A stretch of DNA of 64,000 nt. Source: Nemertoderma westbladi. Lineage: Eukaryota > Animalia > Xenacoelomorpha. A model generated the notes under the pieces. It was not told the DNA's origin and ran no database searches. It worked only from the letters and a program-made list of their open reading frames with translations. The stretch covers positions 58,835 to 122,834 of the forward strand of contig JAUCBJ010002007.1 in assembly GCA_032718475.1 (NCBI GenBank), in the 5' to 3' direction. How positions within the stretch are numbered: position 1 is the first letter of the stretch; every line of letters begins with the position of its first letter. Below are positions 32,816-45,655 of the stretch, piece by piece. The translations under genes were made by a program, and so were the position numbers.

Positions 32816-35800
32816 CCCTATCGATCCCGAATTAATTTCTGTGGTAAATAAAATTATTTTTTTGTCAAAATACCTTAATTGGGATACAAATGAACTAGTA
32901 AGATGAAAATTAAATAATGTTCATATTATCTTCATTCAGTTTAGAGACATTCCATATATGGTACAACGGGATCTTGGGGTAAATTTATTTAAATTAAAAA
33001 ATTCGTGAAAAATGCATTTCCTTGTTTAATTAATAATAAAAATATTGAAATATTGATAACAATATAACAATTACTAGATTCTATGCCTGTTGTTGGTTCG
33101 TTGGTATGTGTGTGTATTATTTTTTAGTTCACCTAATTCAATGTATTAGGCAATAATTCACATAATCAATAATCATACCAGAGTTCAATAATACAGTTCA
33201 ATCATACCCTAAACAATGGTAGTCTAGAAAGCAGTTTCGATCCGGTCGTATACACAGGAAGATAGAGCATTTAAGGCATGATATCTGTGATTTCATGCCG
33301 CAGTGACGGCAGCGCTGTCGATCAGATACTGGGACCATCCCAGGGAAATGGGCAATTAGATCATGCCGTATATCCATGGCAGGAGAAGGGGCATGGTGAC
33401 GTGGAGTTGACACTCTATCAGTCTCAAATACCACAAACGCCCCCGAAACACTTGGTGCTGGACTAGAGGTAGCAGAGTCTCCTCCTGGACGGCCTCGCTT
33501 CCTCACCAGCGATGGCGGCATCTTATCGAGGAAAAGCGAAGATGTTGATATGGCTTCTGTAAATGACAACAAATCTATTTTTTTGGATTTCAACAAACGG
33601 GTTGTGCCGTTCTTTGCGTCCTTCTTATAATGCAACCATGCATTTACTGTTGCTACATTTAGTGTCCACAAGAAGACTCTTCTATACCATTTCGTACACT
33701 TATGGTCACATACATATAGTGATCTCAACATATCGCAGAGATCCACGCCTCCCATCCTCGAGTTATACTCTTTTACAATCACTGGTTGACCAACAGTAAC
33801 TTTCTTATTTTCGGCCTTTGACCATCTCTGAATCTCTTCTACTGGCTCTAAGGCCACATGGGTCGATGATAACTGCACCATTCGATTGTCTAACCAACGA
33901 ACAATCACAAGACCTGAATTTCGATCTATCTTTGTTGAGGTTGAACCATGCCCACCCCACATTTCATTAAATCAGCTTCACTTTCTAAGTTGCAACCACG
34001 GATCCGATCCTTCCTAGAGTTCCAACTGAATTGAACCCCATACTCTTGAATTGATTGAAGTTCTGGGAAGTTGAAATAATTATCAAAGTACACCAAGTAG
34101 TTACAATTATTAGGAACAGATTCCAGGAGTTTTATCACATAATCACCAGTTTGAAAGCCACAGGATTTGTCTACTTCAACATGACCTACATATATAAAAA
34201 AGTCGTGCATAAACCCAGATATACTGTTGCGACTATAAACTTTGATGCCCCACTGTTTTGGTTTATTTGGTAAATATTGACGCAGAATGGTACGCCCCTT
34301 GAATGGAATCATTTGTTCGTCGATCGATATGAATTCCACAGTTGTAAACAAAATACAAGCCTCTCGAAGAAGATCTAGAAGGGGAAGAATCTTGGCTATC
34401 CTGTCATAGCCAGCATCCCGTGGATTCGTAATTATCGTAGTATTATCTCGAAAATGTAGAAAGCGATTGACATCAAAAAAACGATTTCGAGACATGTGGT
34501 CGGCAATACCGGGGATACGAAATCCATCTTCCCAGTACATTCTGTACCGTGGAAGTCGATATATACCCATACGCAACAACAAAGCTAAGTAAGTTTCTAT
34601 TTCTATTGTAATTGTTCAAAACTAGAACCCTGCTGCACAGATAATATATTTGTTTGTTCTACAATGAGATTAATCATTTCCCTTGAGAAGTATAAAGTAA
34701 AGTAGTCGATTGGGTCCAAAACTTTGTCTGGTATGGTATAAGATACCCCCTTCCATTCTCCTTTAGGTAATTCCTTTCTGGTATCTAAATCCACCCAAGA
34801 AAATTTATCGTTTTTAGAAGGCTTCTTAGTTATCTTTCCAGTCCTCTTACGACCTGTTTTGCTCTTAGACCCTGTCACCTTAGACCCAGTCGCTTTAGGA
34901 TTCATTTTGGCCTTAGATCATGTACTGATCTTTGATAAGACTATACAACTGTCATCACTATTGGAGTCCATATTACAACTTAATTGCCCAGTATCTCTAA
35001 CATTATGATCCTGGTCGTGCCCCTGGAAACCATGAAAATCCGGAAAATTGTCATCACTGTCACAACCACTTAAAGGACCGGAATCGCTAACACTATCACT
35101 AAGGCCAGGACAGTCAAACCCCTCGAAACCCTGAAAATCGCCATCCTCTGAGAATATTTCTGGATCGGAATCATCCGCATCTGGGAGAACAACTAACTGA
35201 GTTTCACTTCTTCCATTTCCTTTGGGACGAATAATAATGTCTCCATCCATAGGCATATTGCTGTATTGTTACGCTACACTGTACCGGTATATCTGCCCAA
35301 CCAGAGAGCAACACCCTACAGCGTGGGTGTAGGTAGGCCTATCTCCAATATTACTATAGGCCTACCTAACTGATGAAATAGATAGCTCTGTAAAACATAC
35401 CGGTCAGTACCAGCAAATGGCGGTGTACCAAGATAGGCCTATCATCTATCAGACATCATTGTTGAATGTTCGTTACACTACACAGTCCGGCGCCCGAGCT
35501 AACTAGGTACTAGGCCATTTACCATCCTACTGTACTTAATTGCTGAATATTACAGTAACACAGAATGGCAATACTGCAATATAGTGCTGTAGAGCAGTAG
35601 TTTAAAAAAATCTAATCATACTGTACATGCCCGGTGGCCCATATATGCCCACCTGTTTAAACTAATCAGCTCATTCAGTGATTTGGTAATGGCCTATTGT
35701 TATTGGTTGGAAATGTTAGTGGAGATGTCAGCCAATTTGCTCATATTTTTTTCAAGAGGTGTACCGTCCATTGTAGTGATTGGGAACTGTCAATATTTCA

Positions 35801-36009
35801 GGAAAAATATTGCCAAGAACAGCTATTATGAAGTTGCCAATATCGGGGACTTGTTGGCAATGGCGCAGTACTGTAAAATTACGTTTTGAGCAAATCCATG
35901 TATTTTTTTTTCTAATTAAATGCAATAGTCCCTGAATTTAAAGTTTCTTTGAATGCAATTTATACCCTAAATGTTGGTGCCCATATATGGTACTTTGGGA
36001 TCGAAAGGG
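32816..36009 (-). mobile_element. piggyBac transposon, full-length but frameshifted
   Basis: TIR CCCT(A/T)TCGATCCC at both ends; right TTAA at 36010-36013; subterminal CCATATATGGTAC..GGGATC repeat; transposase inside. Confidence 0.9.
33198..35256 (-). pseudogene. piggyBac transposase (PGBD-like), split over four frames
   Basis: PIDYF..YF...IVEQTN; MSRNRF; SIDEQMIPFKGR; YLPNKPKQWGIK; YFDNYF; WLDNR; YNSRMGGVDLCD; KWYRR; C-terminal Cys-rich RCRHC...CLKC..FLC....CF..YH. Confidence 0.93.
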
Positions 36010-38004
36010 TTAAGTGAATATTGTAGTGTGCGTTTTAATATTATTATTACGTTTAGTATGGTATATCATATGTTTTATGCAGCACATACACCTTTAATAA
36101 CATTCTGCAGTTAAATCTCACCTCCAATTGCAATGTAAAAATATGTACAATAGTATAAAAAGCATTAAAAAAACATGAAACACGGTTTCAAGCCATTCGT
36201 TAATAAAATTTATTGTCCAGGGTTCTCTATTTTTAACATCTGATATTTAATTGAAATATCTGAGTAGTTTGGAACATAATACGCCCCGCCCCTACTATAA
36301 ATTATTTTTTGGCCTACAGTATTCATATAATCCGCGATACTCCAGAATTGTATTAATTCATTGGTAAATCAATGTGTTACCATGTCAATAATTAACAATT
36401 CAATATACTGTATGTATGTATTATTGACTTGAATTATACAGTATATTGATGTGTTGTTCCTTTGTCTTTTAAGGAACACACAAAACTCAAATTTAACAAA
36501 TTTATGATTAGAGAGCAATTTTAACAATACAAAAGTTGTATTCAAAATTTTATTTTGGCGAAATAAACATTGTAGCTCTGGGTATTCGCAATATGAATCC
36601 GACTACTTATTGGGCTCCGATTGCGCCGAAGCTGTGGACTGACGCTGAACTTAGTAAAGGAATTATTTTCCCAGTTAGAATGAGTTCAACGAAACGCATT
36701 CCATTGGATCCTGTCAAGTCCGAAATCTTCCTCAATGCATGGTCAGTCGATTTAATTAAACTGGATAAATATGACGACATGGATCTAATTCGTTCTTGTA
36801 TTACTGCAGTTAATCAGCTGGGAAGCGATCTTAGCAATGGGAAACGCTATAGGGGCTGTTGCGCTGTCAGTCAGAGAGGTAACGGCCCATGGGGTAAGGA
36901 TTTACCCATGGGGCGCTAACTATCAGATAGTCTGATACCAACTGTCAGACAGTCTTTTTCAACTATCAGATAGATGATCGCCCAGTTACAAGTTGCTGAT
37001 AATAGTTGTATTTTTTAAACCCCCGAGTGTTGTTGACGGAGTCTGTTACTTCCGAAATCGTTGGTCGTGGTGCCGGTGCCGAAATTCTGGCTTTGATTAA
37101 AAGCACTGAACTGCTGAACGATGGCGGAATCTACGAAACCCGGCCGGATTCCTAATCCATAATCCGAGGAGGCGACGGAGTCAATTAAACGTAAACAATG
37201 AAGCGATGGACAATGGAGTCTATTCAATGTATCCAGAACGATAGGATGGCGACAGAGTCTATTACAGTATTAAACATGCAACCAAAGCGATCAGACAATG
37301 TCAATGTATAAGATTTCTAAAGACTAAAGAGCTAACTTTAGGATAATCTGCCTTATATTTTTAGAATTATTATAATTAATTCTGTTATGTTTATAATGAA
37401 TTGTATCTTTTGACAGACTACTTGATGTGCGACCGTGATAATAAAATTAAATGGTGCCGAAATATTTTCACTTAACTGCAGGTAGGGGGGGGGGGGGCAA
37501 TCAATATTCTTCCCTCTCCAGGTGAAAATCGCTTGTTTACTACTGAAATAAAACTGCATCCTGTTCTATAGGAAAAAAACATTATAGGGGAAACTTTAGC
37601 AAGTTGTGTTTATTTTAACCGATAGACAAGATTACATGTTTACCAAGTTTGGTATAATTTAGTCAAAGATTGAATGAGTTATGATTTTAAATTATCAGTG
37701 GAGGGTGAAGGCGGCGGGCCAGGATTCAGTTATACTGAATAAAGAATAGTGATTAAACCAAGGGATACGCGATATGACACTGCTGTATAAGTTCATTGAA
37801 TGACTGTTCGAAACATTTAATTCAAAACTATATAACCATATAAATGTTAATATAATGTTGGATTTTTTTTTGTAATAATTAACAGATGAATTATATTTCA
37901 TTAATTTATTTTTTTATCTAATCACATTATTAAATAACGAAGCACAGAAATAATACTAAGATTGAATATTGAATTGAAGGTACAGTACCGAATTGAATAT
38001 TTGA

Positions 38005-38193
38005 ATGGGAGAATCTTTTAAGCTTGTTAAGCCAAGGAATGTTCACCACCATGGGTGATCTTCCACAGTAAACCCTTCCACTCTGTTTCCCAAGTTGCCT
38101 TGGTTCCCAATCGACCACTGAAGGATGAAAGCCAGGGTTGGGCTAGGCTGCAGCACTGTGCCCAAACAGTATTGCCCCATCTAGGGATCGAAC
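38005..38193 (-). mobile_element. 5'-truncated tRNA-derived SINE with Nin-domain-like core
   Basis: Starts at B box GTTCGATCCC; contains GGCTTTCATCCTTCAGTGGTCGAT; 13-bp TSD ATTGAATATTTGA at 37992-38004 and 38194-38206. Confidence 0.7.
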
Positions 38194-38239
38194 ATTGAAT
38201 ATTTGAGATTGCATAAGATAGAGTATTGAATATTGAATA

Positions 38240-38620
38240 TCTTCGGCCGTCATCCCGTTGGTGACTCCATTGGCAACCATTTCGATTGGATTCGGCTCCT
38301 ATCAGTCCCCGACTAGACCGATGGTCGGTGTGGTTGCTGTCCCCATGACTGAGGCTGCATTACCAACCAAAATTGCCATATCCAGGCGCTGGAGCAGAAA
38401 CTGGTGTGACCGCGGTTCGTGGGTGGCACTGTGGGGACGAGCCCCGATCTCCCGGAGGAAGGTGGATGTCTCTGGACCAGGGCGGCCAAAGGTCTCAAAG
38501 GTCACAGGGTGAAAGAAATGGCCCCGGTCCATTAGGTCGTGATACATAGAGTTTTTAATGCGCTCCGCCCCCTCAGCTGAGTGTCCCCCGGCAATGACTG
38601 AATGATGGTTTGTTGAAGGT
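38240..38620 (-). pseudogene. 3' fragment of a CRE-type non-LTR retrotransposon (restriction-like endonuclease end)
   Basis: FFHPVTFETFGRPGPE...FLREIG...EPRSHQFLLQRLDMAILVGNAASVMGT, followed by an ATTGAAT-type tail. Confidence 0.8.
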
Positions 38621-39728
38621 GGCTGGGGGCCAGTGGATCTAGTAATAATTAATGCAAAGATATGATTAGGTAGGCCTACGTGATATTAGTTTCTTAAACC
38701 AAACCTATCCATCCATTGACGTCAAAATATATCCAATTTCTCAATCCATACTAATCCGTATGTACTAATGTACACTGTAATGCAATACCAGTAATGTCAA
38801 TGTCCAACCAAACAATGCGTTGAGTGTTATCGGGCCAGCCTCCAAGAAATATTAGGCTACCGTAACTGTACCTCGCTCTGTCGCATCAGTTTTTGTAGTG
38901 GTCTAATTCCAGGCTACCAGAATCCGTTAGGCCTAGTGCATGATATAGAATCAGCACATCCTGACATCTATGCAACACCTGAACTCACGCGAGCATTTTA
39001 CAGATGGTGGTCTAATTTATATGGACTTGTACCACGAAACCGTGTATTATTTACAGATGTAGGCTAAATTTCGGGTCTTGTACCGTGCACAGTACTGGTG
39101 GGCCTACACAGCTACTGCTATTTTGCCTAATACAGGTCCCAGAGGTAAATCCTTACCCCATGGGCTGTTACCTCTCTGACTGACAGCGCAACAGCCCTCT
39201 CTCGGGAAATGTCTCGCGTGGTGGCCGCTCATCAGGGACAGGATGATGAGACTGTTAATTGTGATGAGAATGTTAATTAACCCACCGAAGACCGTTTGAT
39301 TCAGGTTACACCCAGGACCTTTTGGGTCAAATTGCCCCACGGTATATTATTGATAATATTATCAATCAAAATGACCAAAAGTGAGGTTTTATCAGTATGG
39401 AAACTCATTTGCGACTTACGGGCAAGTTACTTAGGCTATTTACATCCGATTTGGTTTCAATAACAAGCATAGCGAGTGACACAACGAAACGAGGGTTTCT
39501 CATTTTGTTCAGATATGTATGAACTGTACATAGAAATGTTGACAACTCCACCTGAACAAGCGTGTATATCAATATGAGTTTCATAATATCAATATCATTC
39601 ACTTAAGTACTCAGACTATTTACATCAAACTGGGATTGATTAACGAGAGAAGCGAGTGACACAAAAACCGAGTCCACTTTAATTGAATAATTATTCGCAA
39701 ACAATGAGAAAACATTTGAGTAGCGCCT

Positions 39729-39967
39729 GGTAGCTTTAGGTCCGGAGCATTGGGTCTGTGTCATTAGGTCCTGGCAGGCTGTTAGGGTTAGGGCTGAGCA
39801 ATTTGGTCAGTAAGTCCACTCTGCCTCCATAACCAGGCAGGTTAGTAAAGGAGCAGGTTATAGAGGCGAGTTGAAAGGAACCAAAACAATAAACGAGAGT
39901 TAGGAATAATTTAATGAATGTGTTACAGGACCTAAAGTAAACCGGTTTGGACCTAACGCTACATTAC
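39729..39967. mobile_element. Small MITE-like element with TTAGGG repeats
   Basis: Imperfect inverted ends GTAGCTTTAGGTCC / GGACCTAACGCTAC; internal GTTAGGGTTAGGG. Confidence 0.45.
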
Positions 39968-40337
39968 CAACTACTACTACAACAACTACACCAGCTACAA
40001 CTGGTTTTAAAAGGTTTTGAAATTAGTCAGTTCAGCAGTTATACTAAGACAGTAAAGTAAGATACTGAGATGTGTTGTAGTAATACCTGAATACAGTAAT
40101 AGACCGGTACATGCCCTTTCAATACAGGGTAACAAAACGGTTATATAATCATATTGCTGTATAGCATAACTCCAACTGACCAACACTGTGATCTGGTGCC
40201 TGTCAGCCTGTGGTGATATACCGGTACAGCTATACAGCTATATAAGGATGATTATGTTAATATTATTTACCAGCTACTGTAGCTGGTGGAGTAGTTACCT
40301 TGGCTCTAGCTTGTACCTACCTGAGGCAAGTGGTGGG

Positions 40338-43300
40338 TAGGCTGCATCATTTTGACAAACATTCAAAATATGACCTGTACCTATGATATTTGTGTTACAC
40401 TTCCAAAAAAAACATTCTGTGCAAAATATTAGCAAGGTTGGGTGATATCTAGAGGGGCAACAAGGACCATGAAGTTGACATATATTAGCCGCTATTGATC
40501 ATGATTATCGTAAACACCGGAAAGTTGTTTTCACACTGCCAGTGAGAATTTTACAAACTAATAATGAAATTAAGTCATTTTAAACAAAAGATATTAATCA
40601 CAATACCTCAAAACACTATAATTGCCAAGATTAATAATCAAATTACTGACTTTATACTATGTGAGTTAACAGTATGACAGTATATATATAACGATTAGTC
40701 GTCTTTACGTATACGTAGATTTGGACATCGACTTCTATCCTCCTGAACCACCTGTAAGACATCCTGGTAGTGGGATTCGGATTTTGAACTTTCCAGGAAG
40801 TCTGTACTAAGCTTAACTCCAAGCTCTGCACTGTCATTTATGACATTAAGTTTTGAAGCTCTTCCCTTAGCTTCATTGTAACCAAATGTAGACTTCCAAG
40901 CTTCAACACCTGTCGTAAGAAACTGAGAGTCAACTTCGAGTAAGTTAAAGGTGAACCAAGAGTCAATATCAATAAGATCGGCCAGTGTGGTATTTGGAGT
41001 AATTGGGATTCCAAATTTTGGTTTTCCATATCCTGTACCAAATCGATTTCCTGGAGCTATAACTGGGACATCAGGTTTTATGGCAATGAGCCTCTTCGCT
41101 ACATCCTGTAGAGCACATTCTGGAGCCTTAGAGCTAAACACAGATAGAGCCGCCATTTCTGGATGCAGATACCACTGGTGTCGGGATAATGCTTTTATAG
41201 CACTCTCAGCAACTGGTGGATCAACTTCTCTGTACTGAAACAGCTTCTTATATAATTGCAAATCATACCAAGTAGCATTGACAACAGAGTCACAAGTCAG
41301 CCACCATTCAGAATAGATTAGAGTTGCAAAGGTTACAAATCTTCTCAGCTTTGCCAGTTGTTGATCTGAACATATAGTTCCCTTTGGCAACTGGGTAATC
41401 TGGGACTCTAATAACACCATCTTAACAGAATACAACAATTTCGACATCCATCTTGCTTTGCTAATGGCACCAGGTCTACTAAAATCAAACTCAATATTTT
41501 CATCCAGGTACATTAAAGATAACTGTGTAAACTCCAGGTAGTCTTTCCGTTTGAATGGTAACTTTGCCTTTAAAACTGGTTTCACCTCTTCAATCCATCC
41601 TTTCATCTTGGATTGTGAATCTTCACTGAACTCACTCAACTGAATCTTCTTCCGTATTGTGTTGTCATTATAGGGTAGAAGTTTATAATTATCTCGAAAC
41701 TTTGTAAATATCCCAATTTCTGGAGATTTAGACACCTCAACTTTAAGGTCATTGAAAACCTGGGTAAGAATGACTTCTCCGATGTGATGGCGACAACCAG
41801 ACCATAGTAGTGGACGTTGAAGACCCTGCTGCATCGACACACATGCTGCTGTGACATGCCCAGTGTTGGCTGAAGTGGTGTCAAATACCATATTACAAAC
41901 TGAATCAGCACACTTCCAATCTTGCAGCAGATTTGTGGTCAATCGGCTAATGATATCACCTGCGTGTTGATCTGTACCTGGCTCATAGTTTGGGACACCC
42001 AAGACCTTCACATTGTCGTGGTTTCCAACTGCTACTACGAGACGTTCATGTTTTTTACGGTCATCAGTCAGTGTTGGTACCAATTTCGAGTCCCAATGTA
42101 AAGATGCAAAATTAGGTGCCTTCCATGACTCCTTTGTATTTTTTGCTATTGAAGTAGCTACTTCACGTCTTGCTCTATCAGCTGTTGCATATGACCTGGC
42201 AACATTAGAAACATCACCACCTATTTCTTTGATGATTTCCTCAGTGAATGCTGCTTGAACAGCAGGACTAATTTTAGCTCGAGTTGCTAAGGACACCAGG
42301 TTAGGTCTCTTAAGGATATCTTTAGGAACTGGTGTAGATATTTGTCCACTTTCACCTCGCCTTGGTGTTTTATGGCGTGGTTGAAACGTCGCATCAGCAT
42401 CACTGTCATCATCAAATTCACTGGTATTGGAACTACAGTCAGTAAACTCCATAACATCTTCAATTTCTTTCTGCTCATCTCTCACCTTCTCACGTCGTTT
42501 TGTTTCGTTAGCCATGCGCACAAATTTACGTTTCACTTTGTATTGTAGGCACTTGTCATTTCCCCCAAATGTTGCCTTCCTGTCTGTCTTCATTGAATGT
42601 AGAAACTTCCGATCTTCATCTATTGCCAGCAGTTTCTCAACATCTGTTGGCCATAACTGAAATGTCTTACTTAGTTCTTCTTTCATTTCTTTTACTTTAT
42701 TCAGCACAGTTGTTGATGACCGGCGGTTGACTGGATATCTTCTCAACTTAAGATTCTCATTAGCAAGTTTCACTATTTTCTGGCAGGCTTTATTCGATTT
42801 TATCATTGGGATGTTACCCTTTTCATAAAAAGGAAGTATCTTTACCAGAACGAGTTTAGCAGTTTCATACAGTGTTTGATGAGAAGAACTGCATTCCTCT
42901 TTATGATACAAGAAACATCTAAGAACTTGTTCTGATGTAGGTAGCCTGATTCCTTTTATTTCTGCATCACTTTGAGTTATGCCTTTCCCAAGACCAAATA
43001 TCTCAGTAGATTTCCTTGTGGCTGGTGATTTATCATATGATGAGGAAGTGGATTGCACTGGTTCCTCAATTTCACTCATAGTTAATATATACCAGTATAT
43101 ATAGTTAATTTTAACAATATAAATAAAGAAAAAATCAGTCAAGGTAGGCCTAACCCCTAAATATAGGTAATTCCGATTTGACAAGAGTTTAGGCTTTTAA
43201 ATTCTGTAGTTTGATCACTTTAACCTACCTAATCTGGCCTGCAAGGTGTCAACATGATGTGATGCTGGCTAGCTAGCTGTGGCTGGTGCAAGTCAACATT

Positions 43301-43734
43301 CTAAAATATTACTCTGTCTGATAATAGGTAGGCCTATCATATCTATTGCAGTAGGCTATTGTAGTCAGTCAGGTCAAGTTTGTCAAGTAGTTAATCGATG
43401 AATATAACAAATGTAGCATACTGGTTAGGCCTAACCGGTAACCTACTGTAAGCAACAGTTGTCATGTTATCTGCACTGCCTACAGATATAATAGGCAGAT
43501 AGGTGACGCAACTCCATATGGTTGGATGTTACAGACCCTTTAGCCGATTAAATCTAACGCTAGAGGTTCCGCCAAATAAGTGGTAGCTTTGAGGTCACTG
43601 TTGTCCCTCTAGATAGCAATATTTTTTGGTGAAAATTGGTTTCAGGCACTCTTTTTGCAATTGGAACAAAATGTGACTAGGTACAACTGAAGATAATACA
43701 TTTGAAATTTTCATATTAATTTTGATGCACCCTA
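40338..43734 (-). mobile_element. hAT superfamily (hATm-type) transposon, apparently complete
   Basis: TIR TAGG(C/G)TGCATCA; perfect 8-bp TSD GTGGTGGG at 40330-40337 and 43735-43742. Confidence 0.93.
40695..43079 (-). CDS. hATm-type transposase, 794 aa, uninterrupted
   Basis: LPTSEQVL, LHWDSKL, ERLVV, FDTTSANTG, CRHHIGE, PGA...ARWMSK, HQWYL, VINDSAELGV; first ATG at 43079. Confidence 0.9.
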   Translation of the reverse strand: MSEIEEPVQSTSSSYDKSPATRKSTEIFGLGKGITQSDAEIKGIRLPTSEQVLRCFLYHKEECSSSHQTLYETAKLVLVKILPFYEKGNIPMIKSNKACQKIVKLANENLKLRRYPVNRRSSTTVLNKVKEMKEELSKTFQLWPTDVEKLLAIDEDRKFLHSMKTDRKATFGGNDKCLQYKVKRKFVRMANETKRREKVRDEQKEIEDVMEFTDCSSNTSEFDDDSDADATFQPRHKTPRRGESGQISTPVPKDILKRPNLVSLATRAKISPAVQAAFTEEIIKEIGGDVSNVARSYATADRARREVATSIAKNTKESWKAPNFASLHWDSKLVPTLTDDRKKHERLVVAVGNHDNVKVLGVPNYEPGTDQHAGDIISRLTTNLLQDWKCADSVCNMVFDTTSANTGHVTAACVSMQQGLQRPLLWSGCRHHIGEVILTQVFNDLKVEVSKSPEIGIFTKFRDNYKLLPYNDNTIRKKIQLSEFSEDSQSKMKGWIEEVKPVLKAKLPFKRKDYLEFTQLSLMYLDENIEFDFSRPGAISKARWMSKLLYSVKMVLLESQITQLPKGTICSDQQLAKLRRFVTFATLIYSEWWLTCDSVVNATWYDLQLYKKLFQYREVDPPVAESAIKALSRHQWYLHPEMAALSVFSSKAPECALQDVAKRLIAIKPDVPVIAPGNRFGTGYGKPKFGIPITPNTTLADLIDIDSWFTFNLLEVDSQFLTTGVEAWKSTFGYNEAKGRASKLNVINDSAELGVKLSTDFLESSKSESHYQDVLQVVQEDRSRCPNLRIRKDD

Positions 43735-43863
43735 GTGGTGGGTGGGCCGTAATTGTGAAACCCCCAAGAGGGTGGACTGTAACTGGGGTGTTCACCAGAA
43801 TTGAGACAACAGCCATGCCTATTGCACTTGTCCAGGATACAGAAAACCATAACTTCCAGATTT

Positions 43864-43952
43864 TCATATAAATGATATTTTATTGTGTATATATTTTATA
43901 TATTTAATCATATAAATGATATTTTATTGTATATATATTTTATATATTTAAT
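43864..43952. repeat. 44-bp AT-rich tandem duplication
   Basis: TCATATAAATGATATTTTATTGT.TATATATTTTATATATTTAA occurs twice. Confidence 0.8.
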
Positions 43953-44150
43953 TTGTGACCTACTATTTCGGTTTTAACCATGTTTTATGGTATATGCCAT
44001 ATATTGGTGAAAATTAAATATACATATCATTTCATCAACAGATTGTCCTAAAATTAATCATTGTTTGAGCTGATTGAGGCAGGAACTGTATCACCAAAAA
44101 ATTAAACAAATTACCAATTGTCCTGCACCATAATACTGCCCCTTTATATG

Positions 44151-44722
44151 CAGTGCCGGATTAAGACTCTGGTGGCCCTAAGGCACATTTTAGTAATTTC
44201 CAAAAGGGGCCCGAAAATTGATATTTTTTCGCAAACCATTTCAAAAGAAAAAGCTGCTAAAAATAACTGAAATTGTTGCAGTATGTCCGCGTCCGGGCTA
44301 TATTTTGGGAATCTAATATTTTGTGATAGACAAAGTGTAGATAAAATTAAAAAAGTATAAAAAAAATAAAAAGTATCATTAAAATTAAATTGAAAAGAAA
44401 AGAAAATGCAATTAAATTCTCCATGGCTGCATGGTTCATAATTAGCACTTTAAAGTTTTACTGCCCATGTTTTTTCCCTGCCATCAGGTCTCGAACTAAT
44501 AACACAGCACCCACCTTTCGGTCGACTGAGCTAGAATTTTGCACTTTCTATCACAAATTTAGGGATAGAAAGTAGTCGAAAGATGCACTTTCTTGCTATG
44601 TTTTCTACAAATTTTAGAAAATATTTTTTTCACAGGAATGACTCTTTGAGAAAAAAATGGCCCGTATTTTCGGCTGGCCCTAAGGCACGTGCCTTATATG
44701 CCTTAAGGTTAATCCGGCACTG
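44151..44722. mobile_element. hAT MITE (572 bp)
   Basis: TIR CAGTGCCGGATTAA; 8-bp TSD TTTATATG on both sides; subterminal TGGCCCTAAGGCAC repeat. Confidence 0.93.
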
Positions 44723-45655
44723 TTTATATGGCACAACTACTGTAGTAGTCAGGGTTGTTAAGTCAATTGAATGTTTCCTACCTTAGGAATGCGAGAACTG
44801 TGAAGTCAACTCAGTTCCAGAGTAATTGTATGGTCACCACCACCAATACTGTTTTATGGTAGAGACAACACTGATAGTGCTTGTACAATAGGGCAGGTCG
44901 AAAAAACATTTTTTTTTTTTTCCCAATTGAATCGGCTGGGGCTGGGTGTGCAAAAGTGGCCAAATGGTCTTAAAACAATAAGCACGTTTTTTTTAATTTG
45001 GCTTACATACCAGCCGCAATAACACACAAACGGAAAATTTCGAAAACGGTGTGAAATTTCCACAAATTAACAAAAAATAATAAGTTTTATTTTAGCATTG
45101 GCTGGCCATGCAAAGATGACTTTTAAATGATTTAAAAATAACACAAAACAAAAAAATATTCAATTTAATTTTCAGCAACACCTGCCGCAATTGCGCACAA
45201 ATTGTGCTAAATTTATAAAACGTGATATGGAATGTGATGTCTTTGTTCTTTATCCAACAACCAACAGGTCAAAATTTCCAGAAATTTAACAATAGCGCTC
45301 CATCAGAGACCCAGTGCCAAACAACAAAGTAAATGTGAACCACATGTATAAAAGTTTGTGAGAAAGAACTTAAGGAATATGTGTGGTATATTTGCACTCT
45401 TGTCATATTTTTCTGTAACGCCAATGGCCCCATTCTTTCCCTATAAAAAAGGGCATTTTCGTTTAACAGACAATAATTGCTGATTTGGGCACTTCTCATG
45501 GTTGTATCACCTCAATTTTGGGCATATTGAAACCGCAATATTCGATTTAGTGAGGGCAAATGTTCAGTAACCTATAGAATAAGTAGAACATTGCATTTAA
45601 GTCTTATATGCCTATAACCATATATAATATTATGTATGTAGATGACAGAATCATG

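Larger units (their letters stand above)
36853..39197. mobile_element. Probable non-autonomous TIR element (~60-bp inverted ends) containing nested retroelement fragments
   Basis: GGGCTGTTGCGCTGTCAGTCAGAGAGGTAAC.GCCCATGGGGTAAGGATTTACC at 36853 and its reverse complement ending at 39197; no TSD evident. Confidence 0.6.
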
